A stretch of 64,000 nt of DNA, taken from NCBI GenBank assembly GCA_965197725.1, contig CBDANQ010000054.1:1-64000 (forward strand), read 5' to 3'. Made by a program: the position numbers and the translations under genes. The DNA is from Longimicrobiales bacterium. GTDB lineage: Bacteria; Gemmatimonadota; Gemmatimonadetes; Longimicrobiales; Gaopeijiaceae. How positions within the stretch are numbered: the stretch's first letter is position 1; each line of letters opens with the position of its first letter. The notes beneath the pieces were generated by a model. That model saw only the letters and a list, made by a program, of their open reading frames with translations. It ran no database searches and was not told the DNA's origin. Of this stretch, positions 31,031 to 41,598 are shown piece by piece.

Positions 31031-32377
31031 CTACTCCAGCGACACCCATATGGAGCCCTCGGACACGCGAACCGGGAAGATCTTCAGAGATTGTCGGTTC
31101 TTGCTCACATCTCCCAAGTGTTCCTGACCTACCGGCGTGCCATCAGCCGCCAAGGCTCCGGCCCACTGTCTTATCTCACCCGTCTCCAGGTCGAAACAGC
31201 TCTCGTGCCAGCGACAAATGATGGAGCCGTCATCTCCCACCTCACTATCGTTCAGCGGAAGGTGGAGGTGGGGGCAAGCATTGTTGATCGCATGAAGCCT
31301 GTCCGCCGTACGAATGAGGAGGATATCCAACTCCTCGAGTTCGACGACCTTGTGCGTGCCGACGGGCAATTCGGAGTCATCGAGAACGGGCATCCAGTCC
31401 AGGCCGGCATACCCGTGCTTCGTATCGTCTGGTGGTTCGACCTCGGCCTGGAGCGCCGCCACGGCCGATGGAGCCAGTCCCGCGATCTCGTATAGGCTCC
31501 GGCGCTCACTCGTCCCCGGCAGCTTTACGCGCACAAAATCCTCGATCGTCACGCTTTCCTTCACCACTTCATAAAGATCCTCGGAAATGAGTAAGCGAGT
31601 GTCGGCGGGCTTGTTGGCGGCCTCGATGCGGCTGGCGACGTTGATGGTCGCACCGACCCCAGTAAGCTTCTCCGTCTTGGCGGACCCCACGGTACCGATC
31701 ACGGCGGGGCCGTAATGCATACCGATTCCGACATCGAAGCTCTGGTCGTACATCGCCTCCATATAGGGCTTGAGGTGATCTACCGCATGGAGGATCTCCA
31801 CGGCGGCCTTCACGCCTCGCAGGGGCGCTTGAGGGTCGTCCTCGATACCGAAGAGGGCCATGACGCCATCCCCATAGAAGTCGACGATATAGCCGCCGTT
31901 GCGCTCGATGACATCGCCGACCTGGAAGAAGTAGCGATTCAGGATGAAGATGACGTCGTACGCCGACAGGGTTTCGGTCAGGGCCGTGAAACCACGTATG
32001 TCACAAAAGAGAACGGCGACGTTCTTGACGTCGCCGACACGCCCCAAGCGCTTCCGCGATAACTGGCTGGTGATCTCTAGATCCGCCTCGTCGAGCACTA
32101 GGCGTCGGAGCTTCACGTCACCGGCTACCCTGGTCTGACAAGCCAAGCGCGCCTCCGGCCCGAAGCCGAGTCGATCGGTGAGGGAACGTTCCAGGTCCGA
32201 GCGCTCGAGACAGTTCTCTAGTCCCTCCAGGATCCAAACACGGCAGGTGGAGCATCTGGCGTGGCCGCCGCACGCGTGCGCGTGCGCGATGTTCGCCCGC
32301 AGTATCGCTTCCAGAATTGTGTCGCCGTCCCTGACGTCGACTTCCTTCCGGTCGGGAAGGCAGGTGATTTTTGTCAT
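31031..32377 (-). CDS. 2Fe-2S ferredoxin - class III cyclase - Rieske domain protein
   Basis: [33 protein letters not shown]; Rieske CPHL..CRWH. Confidence 0.9.
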   Translation of the reverse strand: MTKITCLPDRKEVDVRDGDTILEAILRANIAHAHACGGHARCSTCRVWILEGLENCLERSDLERSLTDRLGFGPEARLACQTRVAGDVKLRRLVLDEADLEITSQLSRKRLGRVGDVKNVAVLFCDIRGFTALTETLSAYDVIFILNRYFFQVGDVIERNGGYIVDFYGDGVMALFGIEDDPQAPLRGVKAAVEILHAVDHLKPYMEAMYDQSFDVGIGMHYGPAVIGTVGSAKTEKLTGVGATINVASRIEAANKPADTRLLISEDLYEVVKESVTIEDFVRVKLPGTSERRSLYEIAGLAPSAVAALQAEVEPPDDTKHGYAGLDWMPVLDDSELPVGTHKVVELEELDILLIRTADRLHAINNACPHLHLPLNDSEVGDDGSIICRWHESCFDLETGEIRQWAGALAADGTPVGQEHLGDVSKNRQSLKIFPVRVSEGSIWVSLE

Positions 32378-32557
32378 CGGATAGTCGCCCACAACAGATG
32401 CACGTTGTGCGACGTTGATGTGTCACGCGGGTCATCATACTGCCATTTGAAAGGAAGGACGAACCATGCGCTCGTCGTGTCAGCAGGCCGATCGGGATAC
32501 GGTGTGCCCCGCCCCCCGACCGGCGTCCACTCAGAATCCACAACGCGAGCTTCCATC

Positions 32558-33466
32558 ATGATCGTTGAGCCCGGCAGTACCCGAATCGGCTGGATTGGCC
32601 TAGGCGTCATGGGACGCAGCATGTGCGCTCACCTCGTCGACCGAGGCTTTTCGGCGACCGTCTATACGCGCACCCGGAAGACGGCCGATTCCCTCCTCGC
32701 GAAAGGAGCGACCTGGACAGACACGCCGAAGGCGGTGGCTGAGCAGAGCGACGTGGTGTTCAGCATCGTCGGGTTCCCGAGCGATGTGCGCGAGGTCGTC
32801 CTCGGGCCCGAGGGTGCCCTGGCTGGTTGCGAGCCTGGAAACGTGCTCGTGGACATGACCACCAGCGAGCCGTCGCTGGCGGTAGAGATCTACGAGGCGG
32901 CGAAGGCCAAGGGTGTGGCGAGCGTAGACGCTCCTGTGTCAGGTGGGGACGTCGGCGCGCGGGAAGCGCGTCTGTCGATCATGATCGGCGGGGACGCGGA
33001 CGTGGTGGAAGCACTGGGCCCGTGTTGGGGCGCGCTGGGCAAGGCGATCGTCCGGCAGGGGGGTCCGGGCGCCGGGCAGCATACCAAGATGGTGAATCAG
33101 ACGCTGATCGCTTCCGGCATGATCGGCGTGTGCGAGGGCCTGCTCTACGCCCACAAGGCGGGGCTCGACCTGGACACCGTCATGGAATCGGTCGCATCGG
33201 GCGCGGCCGGCAGCTGGTCCCTGTCGCACTACGGTCCGCGGATGATCGCCAACGACTTCGATCCCGGATTCTTCGTGGAGCACTTCATCAAGGACATGGG
33301 GATCGCGCTCGCCGAGGCGAACCGGATGGACCTGTCGCTGCCAGGCCTGGCGCTGGCCCATCAACTCTACACCGCGCTCCGGGCTCACGGTGGAGGGGGG
33401 AAGGGGACGCACGCGCTCCAGCTCGCCATGGCGAGCCTGTCGCACATCGACTGGGAAGGGCGCTGA
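32558..33466 (+). CDS. NAD(P)-dependent beta-hydroxyacid dehydrogenase (3-hydroxyisobutyrate DH/GarR family)
   Basis: [26 protein letters not shown]. Confidence 0.92.
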   Translation: MIVEPGSTRIGWIGLGVMGRSMCAHLVDRGFSATVYTRTRKTADSLLAKGATWTDTPKAVAEQSDVVFSIVGFPSDVREVVLGPEGALAGCEPGNVLVDMTTSEPSLAVEIYEAAKAKGVASVDAPVSGGDVGAREARLSIMIGGDADVVEALGPCWGALGKAIVRQGGPGAGQHTKMVNQTLIASGMIGVCEGLLYAHKAGLDLDTVMESVASGAAGSWSLSHYGPRMIANDFDPGFFVEHFIKDMGIALAEANRMDLSLPGLALAHQLYTALRAHGGGGKGTHALQLAMASLSHIDWEGR

Positions 33467-33641
33467 GTGAGCGGCTGTGCTTCCCTTGCTCGCAGGGGTG
33501 GCATTAATTAAGTCGCTGACCTATCTACTCATTCTCTCGACCGTAACTTCAGTCATGGATCGGGCCATTGCGCCACGGAGACTCGCTGCGCCAGAACCGG
33601 ATCTCTGACTTAATTCGAGCCACCAGACTAGGACACGGGAT

Positions 33642-34064
33642 ATGTCACGCCAGAACGAACGAATCGGTCGCATGCTCGAAAAAGAGCTGCGAGCCAATCC
33701 GGAAGCTGCGACCGCTGACCTCCGAGAGAAGGCGGCAAAGATCAAGAAGGGCGTCGCGGAGATGAGCCTCCGCTCCTTCCACGGAACTCACGTGGGAGCG
33801 GTGAAGAGGAGGATCTCCGGCAAGAAGGGCGGCAGGAAGAAGGGCGCTCGGAAGAAGTCGGCGCCCCGGGGCCGACCACAGGCTCAGACGACCGCTGACC
33901 TGAGGGCTAGGATCAACTCCCTGATCGAGCGGGAAATCCAGGGAGCCCACAAGTCCCTCAACAAAGCTCTCGAGGAGGCTCTCCGGAGAGCCCGGAAGTT
34001 CGAAAGGATCGAGGACTTCGAGAAGATTCATGAGGTCCTCGTGAAGGCGAGGAGGATGTTCTAG
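33642..34064 (+). CDS. Small basic hypothetical protein
   Basis: 140 aa; Lys/Arg-rich linker KKGGRKKGARKKSAPRGRP between two helical regions. Confidence 0.6.
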   Translation: MSRQNERIGRMLEKELRANPEAATADLREKAAKIKKGVAEMSLRSFHGTHVGAVKRRISGKKGGRKKGARKKSAPRGRPQAQTTADLRARINSLIEREIQGAHKSLNKALEEALRRARKFERIEDFEKIHEVLVKARRMF

Positions 34065-34162
34065 AAAGTCTGGAGCAGAGCCGTGTTGCCTCGCAGTGTG
34101 CTCTCAGGTAGCATGGCGGTTGCGTTAGGGCTGCGGTGGCGAACGCGCGAGGGGAGGTGTAT

Positions 34163-35026
34163 GTGAAATCGGTCGTGTTTGCTTTCGCGCGTCTGCTCGC
34201 GGTGGGGCTCGTGGCGTTCGGCCTCGAGTCCGCGCGGCCGGCACGAGCCGCACAGGCCCAAGAGACCTCCAGAGCAACCCACCCCCAGGCGCACGCGCAG
34301 CAAGCCATCACTCCCCCACTCCCCGACACGCGACGCTTCCGCGGCCGAAGCCGCTTCCGCAACCGCTATCCGGGACCGATCCCGACCCCCGCCGATTGGG
34401 AGCCGCCCGAAGGATTGGTGCGTATCGCGCTGCAAGCGGGCCATTGGAGAGCCGATGAGGCGCCCCGCGAGCTCTCCGGCCTACGGGACAACGGGACGGC
34501 CTGGCGAGGGACCGCGGAATGGCAGAGCAACCTGGAGATCGCCCGGAGTGCGGGCGCGATGCTCGATCGGATGGGCTACGAGGTCGACATCCTCCCGGCC
34601 GTGGTCCCACCGAGCTATCGGGCTCACCTCTTCATCGCCATCCACGCTGACGGGAGTAACGACTCCAATGCGTCCGGATACCGCGTGGCGGCGCCCCGCA
34701 GGGACGCGACCGGCCGTGCGTCTCGGTTCGTGAGACTGCTGGAACGCAGCTACGGAGAAGCCACGAACCTTAGAAGGCTCCCGACCGTCACCCGACGCAT
34801 GCAGAACTACTACGCGTTCAACTTCCGCCGCTACGAGCACGCGCTCCACCCGATGACCATCGGCGTGATCATCGAGACGGGCTTCCTGACGAACCCAAGG
34901 GATCGCGGCATAATTCTGAGCCACCCGGAGCGGGCAGCGCGTGGTATCGTCGAAGCGGTCGTGGCGTTCCAGGAAACCCCACCACCGACGCGCCCATCTT
35001 CTACTGTCGGCGGCCGACGGCAATAA
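34163..35026 (+). CDS. N-acetylmuramoyl-L-alanine amidase (Amidase_3)
   Basis: IALQAGH, E..N, FIAIHAD, IIETGFLTN; signal peptide. Confidence 0.82.
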   Translation: MKSVVFAFARLLAVGLVAFGLESARPARAAQAQETSRATHPQAHAQQAITPPLPDTRRFRGRSRFRNRYPGPIPTPADWEPPEGLVRIALQAGHWRADEAPRELSGLRDNGTAWRGTAEWQSNLEIARSAGAMLDRMGYEVDILPAVVPPSYRAHLFIAIHADGSNDSNASGYRVAAPRRDATGRASRFVRLLERSYGEATNLRRLPTVTRRMQNYYAFNFRRYEHALHPMTIGVIIETGFLTNPRDRGIILSHPERAARGIVEAVVAFQETPPPTRPSSTVGGRRQ

Positions 35027-35330
35027 CCACCTGGCACGACTGCTCATCTCGTCTCACATTCTCCGCCTTCGTGCAGGGATGGACCTGTCTCGTGCTTTGA
35101 GGTGTTCGATGACCAGGACGCGCACACCTGTCGAGGACTCGAGGACTCCGCTGCTCCTTCTCGCGACGCTAGCCTGTGCCTGGCTGGCACTCTTGCCCAA
35201 CGCGGTCTGGGCCCAGCGCGGCGCATCGGGTCCGCCTGAACACGCCAACGTCGAGCCGGTCAACAAACTTCCCCAACCCTTCATCCCGCGGCTGACTCGG
35301 AGGTAGCCGCAGGGCTAGAAGGAGGCCACA

Positions 35331-36473
35331 ATGCGAGTCGACACGAGACGCGAGGTTAGGCTGAGCGCGGTCCTTCTGCTGGTCGCGGCTTGCTCTGCCC
35401 CGACCGAGACGCCCGGTCAGATCTCCGATGGCGACGGAACGCAGACCACGTCCCTGAGCTTCGTTGAGGTACCCCAGGGCTTCGAGGCGTCGATCTTCGC
35501 AGCAGGGCTGCCAGGCGTGCGCATGCTGGAGCTGGGTCCCGATGACCGATTGTATGCCGCGCGCTCCTCGGCCGGAGAGGTCGTACGCTTCGACTTGAAC
35601 GCGGATGGAACCGCGAACGGCACCCCGACGACCGTCGTGTCCGGACTTACTCTGCCGTACGGACTCGCATTCCGCGGTGGAGATCTCTACGTCGGAGAGA
35701 CCCATCAGGTGGTCCGTCTGACCGGTCCTGGATTCAGCCAGGAGACCCTCGTCGTTCAAGGGCTTCCGAGGGGGGGTCACTGGACCCGAGAGATCGCGTT
35801 CGGTCCCGACGATCAGCTCTACGTCTCGGTGGGTTCGAGCTGCAACATTTGCGAGGAGGCTGACGAGCGCCGCGCCGCCGTCGTGCGCTACGCAGCGGAC
35901 GGTTCGGGCGAAGAGATCGTCGGCTTGGGCCTCCGCAACGCCGCTGGGCTGGCGTTTCACCCTGGGACCGGGGAACTGTGGGCGAGTCAGAACGAGCGTG
36001 ACCGTCTCGGGGACGACGTTCCCGCCGAAGAGCTGAACATCCTGGTGCCGGGTGGCGCCGTCGAACACTTCGGGTGGCCGTACTGCTACGAGGCCGGCGT
36101 GCCAAATCCCGAATACGCGGATGCCCAGCGATGCACGGGCACGATTGCCCCGGCGCTCGAGATGCAAGCGCACTCCGCGCCTCTCGGGATGGTGTTCTAC
36201 GACGGGGAGCAGTTCCCGGAGGAGTACCGGGGCGATCTCTTCATCGCCTTCCATGGCTCTTGGAATCGCTCCGAGCGGACCGGATACAAGGTCGTAAGGG
36301 TCCGTGTCGAAGACGGCCGACCCGTCTCCTACGAGGACTTCGCCACCGGCTGGCTTACGGGGTCCGGAAGCGTTCGGGGTCGACCGGTGGCGGTCGAGGT
36401 CGGGCCCGACGGGAGCCTGTACGTGTCGGATGACGGGATGGGCCGCATCTGGAGGGTGCGTTGGGCGCGCTAA
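35331..36473 (+). CDS. PQQ-dependent sugar/sorbosone dehydrogenase-family lipoprotein
   Basis: GGHWTR, YVSVGSSCN, GLRN, FGWPYC, AHSAPLG, HGSWNR, GRPV. Confidence 0.9.
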   Translation: MRVDTRREVRLSAVLLLVAACSAPTETPGQISDGDGTQTTSLSFVEVPQGFEASIFAAGLPGVRMLELGPDDRLYAARSSAGEVVRFDLNADGTANGTPTTVVSGLTLPYGLAFRGGDLYVGETHQVVRLTGPGFSQETLVVQGLPRGGHWTREIAFGPDDQLYVSVGSSCNICEEADERRAAVVRYAADGSGEEIVGLGLRNAAGLAFHPGTGELWASQNERDRLGDDVPAEELNILVPGGAVEHFGWPYCYEAGVPNPEYADAQRCTGTIAPALEMQAHSAPLGMVFYDGEQFPEEYRGDLFIAFHGSWNRSERTGYKVVRVRVEDGRPVSYEDFATGWLTGSGSVRGRPVAVEVGPDGSLYVSDDGMGRIWRVRWAR

Positions 36474-36495
36474 TACGCCGCTGAGCAGACCGCCG

Positions 36496-37293
36496 CTACC
36501 GCTTTGGGCCCACCCTCCGGAGCTGTTTTCCCCACCGGGCACGGCTCTCGAGCGCGAGCAGTTTCCCCAATATCACGGACCCGTCAAGCCCGGTGGCCTC
36601 GAGGATCTCGATTGCGTCGGCTCTGGAAAGAGGGCTCGCGTCGGGCAACTGGGCGAGCGCCTCGTCCTCACCTCCCAAGGGCGGGGCACCGATACTCGTC
36701 GACTCCTCTTCCACCTCGATCGTGTTGTCGGCCCGCAATCGGTCGTCGGAAGGGCCGAGCTCATCAGCTGACGACATCCCGCGTCTTCGGTTGGCCGCGT
36801 CCAACGAATCGAGCATCCGCTGCGCCATGGCCAGATTCCACTTGGCCTCCGGTTGCTCGGGGTCGATACGGAGTGTGCCGTGGTTGGCCTCGACCGACAC
36901 CGCGGCGTGGACCCTCATCGAGTCGCCGCCCTCGGCGGCCACCGCGCGAAGGAGGCGCGAGACGTCAACGTTGTAGAGCGCCAGAGCCCGCACCTCCTCG
37001 TCCGCGCTTTCGGTGCCGATCGCGAGCTGCGCCTCGGCCGCCGAGCTGCCGAGCTCGAGCAGAGTCGTGCCGAGGTTGTAGCGCAGATCGGGCCGAGGTG
37101 ATTCCTCGTCCGTCCGACCCCGATAGATCGCTGCGGCCTTGGGTAAGGCACCGTTCCGGTGGAGGCGATTGCCGCGTTCGACGCTGCCGCGCTCTCGCAC
37201 GGTGACGAAGAGCAAGCCTGACAGCGCGAGCGCCGTCACGACCGCGTACCGCCACCAGCGGGCGATCACGGCATCCATCTCAGCGCGTTTCAC
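36496..37293 (-). CDS. BatC-like TPR protein
   Basis: N-terminal TM, GNRL, YNLGT, ALYN, AKWNLAMA, acidic tail. Confidence 0.65.
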   Translation of the reverse strand: MKRAEMDAVIARWWRYAVVTALALSGLLFVTVRERGSVERGNRLHRNGALPKAAAIYRGRTDEESPRPDLRYNLGTTLLELGSSAAEAQLAIGTESADEEVRALALYNVDVSRLLRAVAAEGGDSMRVHAAVSVEANHGTLRIDPEQPEAKWNLAMAQRMLDSLDAANRRRGMSSADELGPSDDRLRADNTIEVEEESTSIGAPPLGGEDEALAQLPDASPLSRADAIEILEATGLDGSVILGKLLALESRARWGKQLRRVGPKR

Positions 37294-38225
37294 TCTTCAG
37301 GCGCCGCCAGGCGGAGCAACTCCACGATACCGGCCGCGTCCATTCTGCCCTCGACAAGCAGAAGCGGAATCGCCAGCAGGATGAGCCACAGCGCCGCGCC
37401 CACAGCCTCGCCTCCCGGCGTGGATTCCGTGTTGGCGCGCCGGAAGACACCGAGCAGCGAGCGGAGGCCGGTACCGCCGCTGACGTCGCGCTCGCCACCG
37501 TGGTGCTCCAGGTGGGCGAGCTCAACGAGGCACCAGGCCATGATGACGTCCGGCTGCGCCTGTGCGTAGGCGAGCGCGAGCGCTCGCTCCATGTCTGCGC
37601 TCGCCCCCGAAAGGTCACCGACCCGATCTCGAACGCGAGCCCGGCGCACGACCGCGGCGAATGTGGGGGCGTCGTCGCCCGGTGCCATGGTCTCGAGCAT
37701 CCCCAAGTAGTCACCAGAGGCGAGCTGAGCGTCGAACAGTCCCAGGCGCGCGCCGCCCGCATCAGCCCCGGCAACCCGTATCGCGTGCCGTGCCGCACGC
37801 AGCGCGCCGGGGAAGTCGTGACGCGTCAGGGACAGCGAAGCCTCGACTGCACGGAGCCCGGCATCGTGAGGATAGCGGGCGAGCAGCGTCTCGAGCAGCT
37901 CCTCCGCCCGCGACAGATCGGCCTTCGCGCCAAAGGCCTGATACCGCGTGTGATGGGCGGACAAGAGCCTTCGCAGAGCCAGCGGATCGTCTCCTCCACG
38001 AGCTTCGAGGCGGGACTCGAAGAACGCCAGCTCGTCCGCGAGCGGACCGCGCTCATCGGGTCGGCTCATCAAGGCGGCACGCAGGTCCTGCGAGCTCACG
38101 ACGGCTCCGGAGGGCGCCCGCTTCGAGGACGTGTGCAGGGCCGTCGCGGCTATGGCGAGCGCCCCGACGAGGAGGGTAAAGCACATGCGCACTACGGGCG
38201 CGAGGCGAAGGCGGGCGAGTAACAT
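37290..38225 (-). pseudogene. TPR protein (DUF4331-cluster type), truncated and apparently fused to a BatB-like C-terminus
   Basis: TPR-like helices (LTRHDFPGAL, AWCLVELAHL), then an abrupt switch near 37490 to WLILLAIPLLLVE, a TM tail overlapping the batC-like start. Confidence 0.55.
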
Positions 38226-38297
38226 GGTGCGTTCGGGCTCCGTGGGGTGGACGCGGCGCCCCGTGGCGAGCACGGGGCGCCCCGCAGAGTCGACGAC

Positions 38298-39119
38298 TCA
38301 GGAGTTCGGAAGAGCCAGGTAGGGGAACGTCGCCGAAAACGCGACGTCGTTGGCGTCCACGTTGTCGCTCTGGAGCGCCTCGATTCCGATGACGACCGAG
38401 AGTGCGACGTCGGTGGCGTCGTCCTCGGGCTTGCGACCGTTGAGCACGGCGAAGTTCGAGGCACCGGCCGCCAGACTGACCGGCAGCTCGTCGGGAAGTA
38501 GAACCGCTGCGGTCGCTGCGGGATCGGCATTGGCGACCGCTCCCATGACCGTCACGAACAGCCCCGTGTAGGCCGCCACGTCACCGTCGGGCCCCGCCTT
38601 GTTGTAGTCCGTCTTGCTGAACACGGGCGCGTGGTTGAACACGGTGTTGAGCGCCGGGATGCCGATCCGGTCGACCTGAGTGTATCTGTGCGCCGCGCCG
38701 TTCCCGGAGAGGCTCACGTCGAGTGTGGGCTGATCCGCGTCGTCGCTGGCGACTCTGAGGAACGCAGTCTTGGCTCCCTCCGAACTCGGGTTAAAGGTCA
38801 CCGTGATGTCTTGTGTCGAGCCCGCAGCGAGTGTCGCCACGTCACTCCCGTCGACGATGGCGAACGAGCCCAAATCGGCACCCCCCAATACGATCGTGGA
38901 GATCGCCAGGGGGCCGCTCCCCGTGTTGCTCAGGGTCACGGTCATGGGGTACGAGTCCCCGAACGCGAGATCGACGGTACCGTAGGCGAGCGTCGATACG
39001 CTGATCATGGCATCACCTGAGGATATCGGCGCGGTGGGCGAGTCGTCGTCGCAGGCCGTAAGCCCGACGACCGTGAGGAGGGCCGCGGTGTATGCGCGGC
39101 GAAGCGGTCGAATGTTCAT
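38298..39119 (-). CDS. Lipoprotein: Ig-like (choice-of-anchor D/ASH) plus DUF4331 C-terminal domain
   Basis: LTAC lipobox, TLSNTGSGPL, TVTFNP, QVDRIGIPALNT, NGRKPEDD, FPYLA. Confidence 0.8.
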   Translation of the reverse strand: MNIRPLRRAYTAALLTVVGLTACDDDSPTAPISSGDAMISVSTLAYGTVDLAFGDSYPMTVTLSNTGSGPLAISTIVLGGADLGSFAIVDGSDVATLAAGSTQDITVTFNPSSEGAKTAFLRVASDDADQPTLDVSLSGNGAAHRYTQVDRIGIPALNTVFNHAPVFSKTDYNKAGPDGDVAAYTGLFVTVMGAVANADPAATAAVLLPDELPVSLAAGASNFAVLNGRKPEDDATDVALSVVIGIEALQSDNVDANDVAFSATFPYLALPNS

Positions 39120-39161
39120 CGGTGAAGTTCTCCGTCTGTTGTAGGCAGTGCCGGTGGTCGG

Positions 39162-39902
39162 CTAATTGAGGGTGCTGGTGGAGGCCCAAGCGTAGAACGT
39201 GTCCGCCTGCCCGATGCCGAGGGCAGACGCGATCGCGCTCTTGGGTAGCTGCACGACGATCGCGAGCACGTTCGCACCGGCGAGGTCGTCCACGCCTGGA
39301 TCGGCGAATGCCAGAGTTTGCTCGTCGGGGCTCCCAACCAGCTCGCCCAGCACGCCTGTGAACGCGGCGTTCAGGACGCTGGTCAGGCTCTGGTCTCCGA
39401 AGAGATCGATGAAGAACGGGTCGTCCCGAGGCCCCGTGAACACGGTCATCCCATTCCCCGAGAACATGGTGTTGAAGGCACCGCGCACGGACGCGCCGCT
39501 CACGAGCGCGTTTGCACTCGTGCCCACGGCCGTCGGTACGAACGGCCCGCGCACGTCCACCATCTGACTTGTACCGGTGCCGGAGAACACCACCTGGATC
39601 ACGGCGTCTTCAACGCCGTCGCGCTCGACGTCGAGCTTGAACTGGTAGAGCCCCTCGGGGTTGAACGCGGCACCGTCGGTAGCGGCACCGGGGGTCAGGA
39701 GCGGGCTGACGGTCATGGCGAAGACCATCTCGTCGCCCTGGCTGAAGACGTACAGGTCGTTCACGTCGAGGTTGCCCTCGGTCGTGTCCGGCGAGTCCGC
39801 GTGGTCGGCGGCCCGCAGCGAGATCACCGCGGGAACGCCGATCATCGCCAGCACGGTGATGACCACGCGGATGCGGCGTGGGAGCTTGGGAAATCCGATC
39901 AT
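39162..39902 (-). CDS. DUF4331-family secreted protein
   Basis: AADHADSP, DVNDLYVF, FTGPRDDPFF, GANVLAIV. Confidence 0.85.
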   Translation of the reverse strand: MIGFPKLPRRIRVVITVLAMIGVPAVISLRAADHADSPDTTEGNLDVNDLYVFSQGDEMVFAMTVSPLLTPGAATDGAAFNPEGLYQFKLDVERDGVEDAVIQVVFSGTGTSQMVDVRGPFVPTAVGTSANALVSGASVRGAFNTMFSGNGMTVFTGPRDDPFFIDLFGDQSLTSVLNAAFTGVLGELVGSPDEQTLAFADPGVDDLAGANVLAIVVQLPKSAIASALGIGQADTFYAWASTSTLN

Positions 39903-39929
39903 GATTCGAGCCCTTACTAGGGTGAAAGT

Positions 39930-39970
39930 CCGAAGGGCGTAGAGCCCTTTCAGGTCTCTACGCCCTTCGG
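39930..39970. terminator. Perfect 15-bp stem hairpin between rskA and DUF4331
   Basis: CCGAAGGGCGTAGAG (39930-39944) / CTCTACGCCCTTCGG (39956-39970), followed on the minus strand by ACTTTC. Confidence 0.6.
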
Positions 39971-39985
39971 TCCGGATCGGATTGG
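39958..39985 (-). promoter_or_regulatory. Putative ECF (SigK-type) promoter of the DUF4331 operon
   Basis: CCAATCC-N16-CGTAG; the same motif occurs upstream of the sigma gene. Confidence 0.65.
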
Positions 39986-40008
39986 TGCCTCGGGAACAGG
40001 CCCGGCCG

Positions 40009-40804
40009 CTAGTCTCCTCCGCTCCAGGTGCCAACGAGGAACGGTGTGCTCGTCGGCTGCGGAGAACCACCGGCGGGCTCCTCCGTGACCGCACCCAACG
40101 CGAAATCGCTGCCCGGCGGCACCGGCCGCGACACCCTCGCGCTACCGTCGGCCAGCGTCTGGAAGAGCCCGAGGCTCACGGGATTGGCGCCGTCCGGGAT
40201 GCCCCACAGCTGATAGGTACGGCCCGCCGGAGCGGGGGGCAGGTCGAATGCGGTGATAAAGACCATGCTCGTGCCAGTGTTCCAGAACAGCCGTGCAGAG
40301 GGCGGTTGGTCGGTCGCGGAAAGCGCGGCGGTACGCACGTTCGGGCCGGCGAGGGTGGCGAGAAGCACGTCGCGCTCGGCGAGCAACTGGCTGAGGCGCT
40401 TCGTTCTGCTCCCTCAGCGCCGCGACATCAGCATCGAGTCCCAGGTTGACCTGCTGGGAGCCCCGGTACGCGACTCCGAAACCGAGCGCGCCGGCGAGAC
40501 CGGCGGCCGCCGCGAGCCACGCAAGAGCCGCGAGCCCTCCCCGGCCGCCCGGTGGACGACCACGCGCCGACCGGATCGGGACTTCGGAACGTGCCTCCTC
40601 TAGGATCCGGTCGCGTAGCCCCCCCGGCGGCGCGTGCTCCGGGACAGCCTCGGCGAGACCGGCTACGACCTCCTCGTAGGCAGCGACCTCGCCGCGGAGC
40701 TCATCGTCGGCGGTGAGCACCTTCGTAAACGCCTCGCGCTCGTCGGCGTCGAGCGCGCCCAGCACATAGGCGGCGACCAGCCCACGCAGCTCTTCGCGGC
40801 TCAT
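40009..40804 (-). pseudogene. rskA: Anti-sigma factor RskA family (frameshift near 40400)
   Basis: AAYVLGALD..PPGGLRDRIL..TM; second frame YQLW..SLG..AVTEEPAGGSPQPT. Confidence 0.85.
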
Positions 40805-41383
40805 GTCGGTCCCCCCGCCGGCCCTGCCAGCGCGGTGCGTAGCTTACTCATCCCGTCGCGGATGCGAGTCTTTACGGTCCCCAGAGGAGTCGCGGTCTGC
40901 TCCGCGATCTCGCTGTGAGTGTAGCCCCTGAAGAACGCGAGTGTGATGGCGTGGCGCTGTTCCGCGGGCAGGGCGGCCAGCGCCTCTCGGGCAAGTGCAC
41001 CTCTCTGTCGCCGCTCCATCTGTGAGTCGGGTGACTCCGACGATCCCACCGCCAGTGCGAATCCGATGCCCTCCGGATCCCGGCTGGCGGCATCTCCCTC
41101 CGCCCTCTGGCGCCGCCGTTCGGCGCGAATCTTGTCGAGCGCGCGGCTCCTGGTGATCACGGCGAGGTATGCGCCCGGAGCCACGGTTTCGGTCGTGCCC
41201 GCGCGACTTCCACAACTGCAAGAACGCATCTGCCACGACCTCCTCGGCATCGGCCGGCTCCTTCACGATCGAGCACGCGAGCGAGTACATGACCGCCCCG
41301 TGGCGGTCGTACAATGCCCCGAGAGCCCGGTCGTCTCCGCGAGCGACCCGATCCAGGATTTCCTGATCGGCGTCCGAGTCCAT
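40801..41383 (-). pseudogene. ECF sigma factor, SigK-like (frameshift near 41185)
   Basis: ALGALYDRH..DAEEVVADAFLQLW; second frame RSRALD..LPAEQR..LAFFRGYTHSEIA..LGTVKTRIR. Confidence 0.88.
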
Positions 41384-41539
41384 CGTGGCGCTGGGTCCCA
41401 CCTGCCATCCTGTCGAAGAGCGATCGATCCGGCCGACAATGATCCCTTGGGGGGCGTTGGGGCAAGCCCGTCGTGCCCAGCCAGCTTCGAGAGCACCCGT
41501 CGGACCCGAGTCACTTCGGAGGCATGAACGTCACCATGA

Positions 41540-41567
41540 CTACGACGCGGAGCCGGCGACGGATTGC
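41540..41567 (-). promoter_or_regulatory. Putative autoregulatory ECF promoter
   Basis: GCAATCC-N16-CGTAG. Confidence 0.62.
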
Positions 41568-41598
41568 GCGGGCGGCGGAACCTGACCTTGATTTTCAT

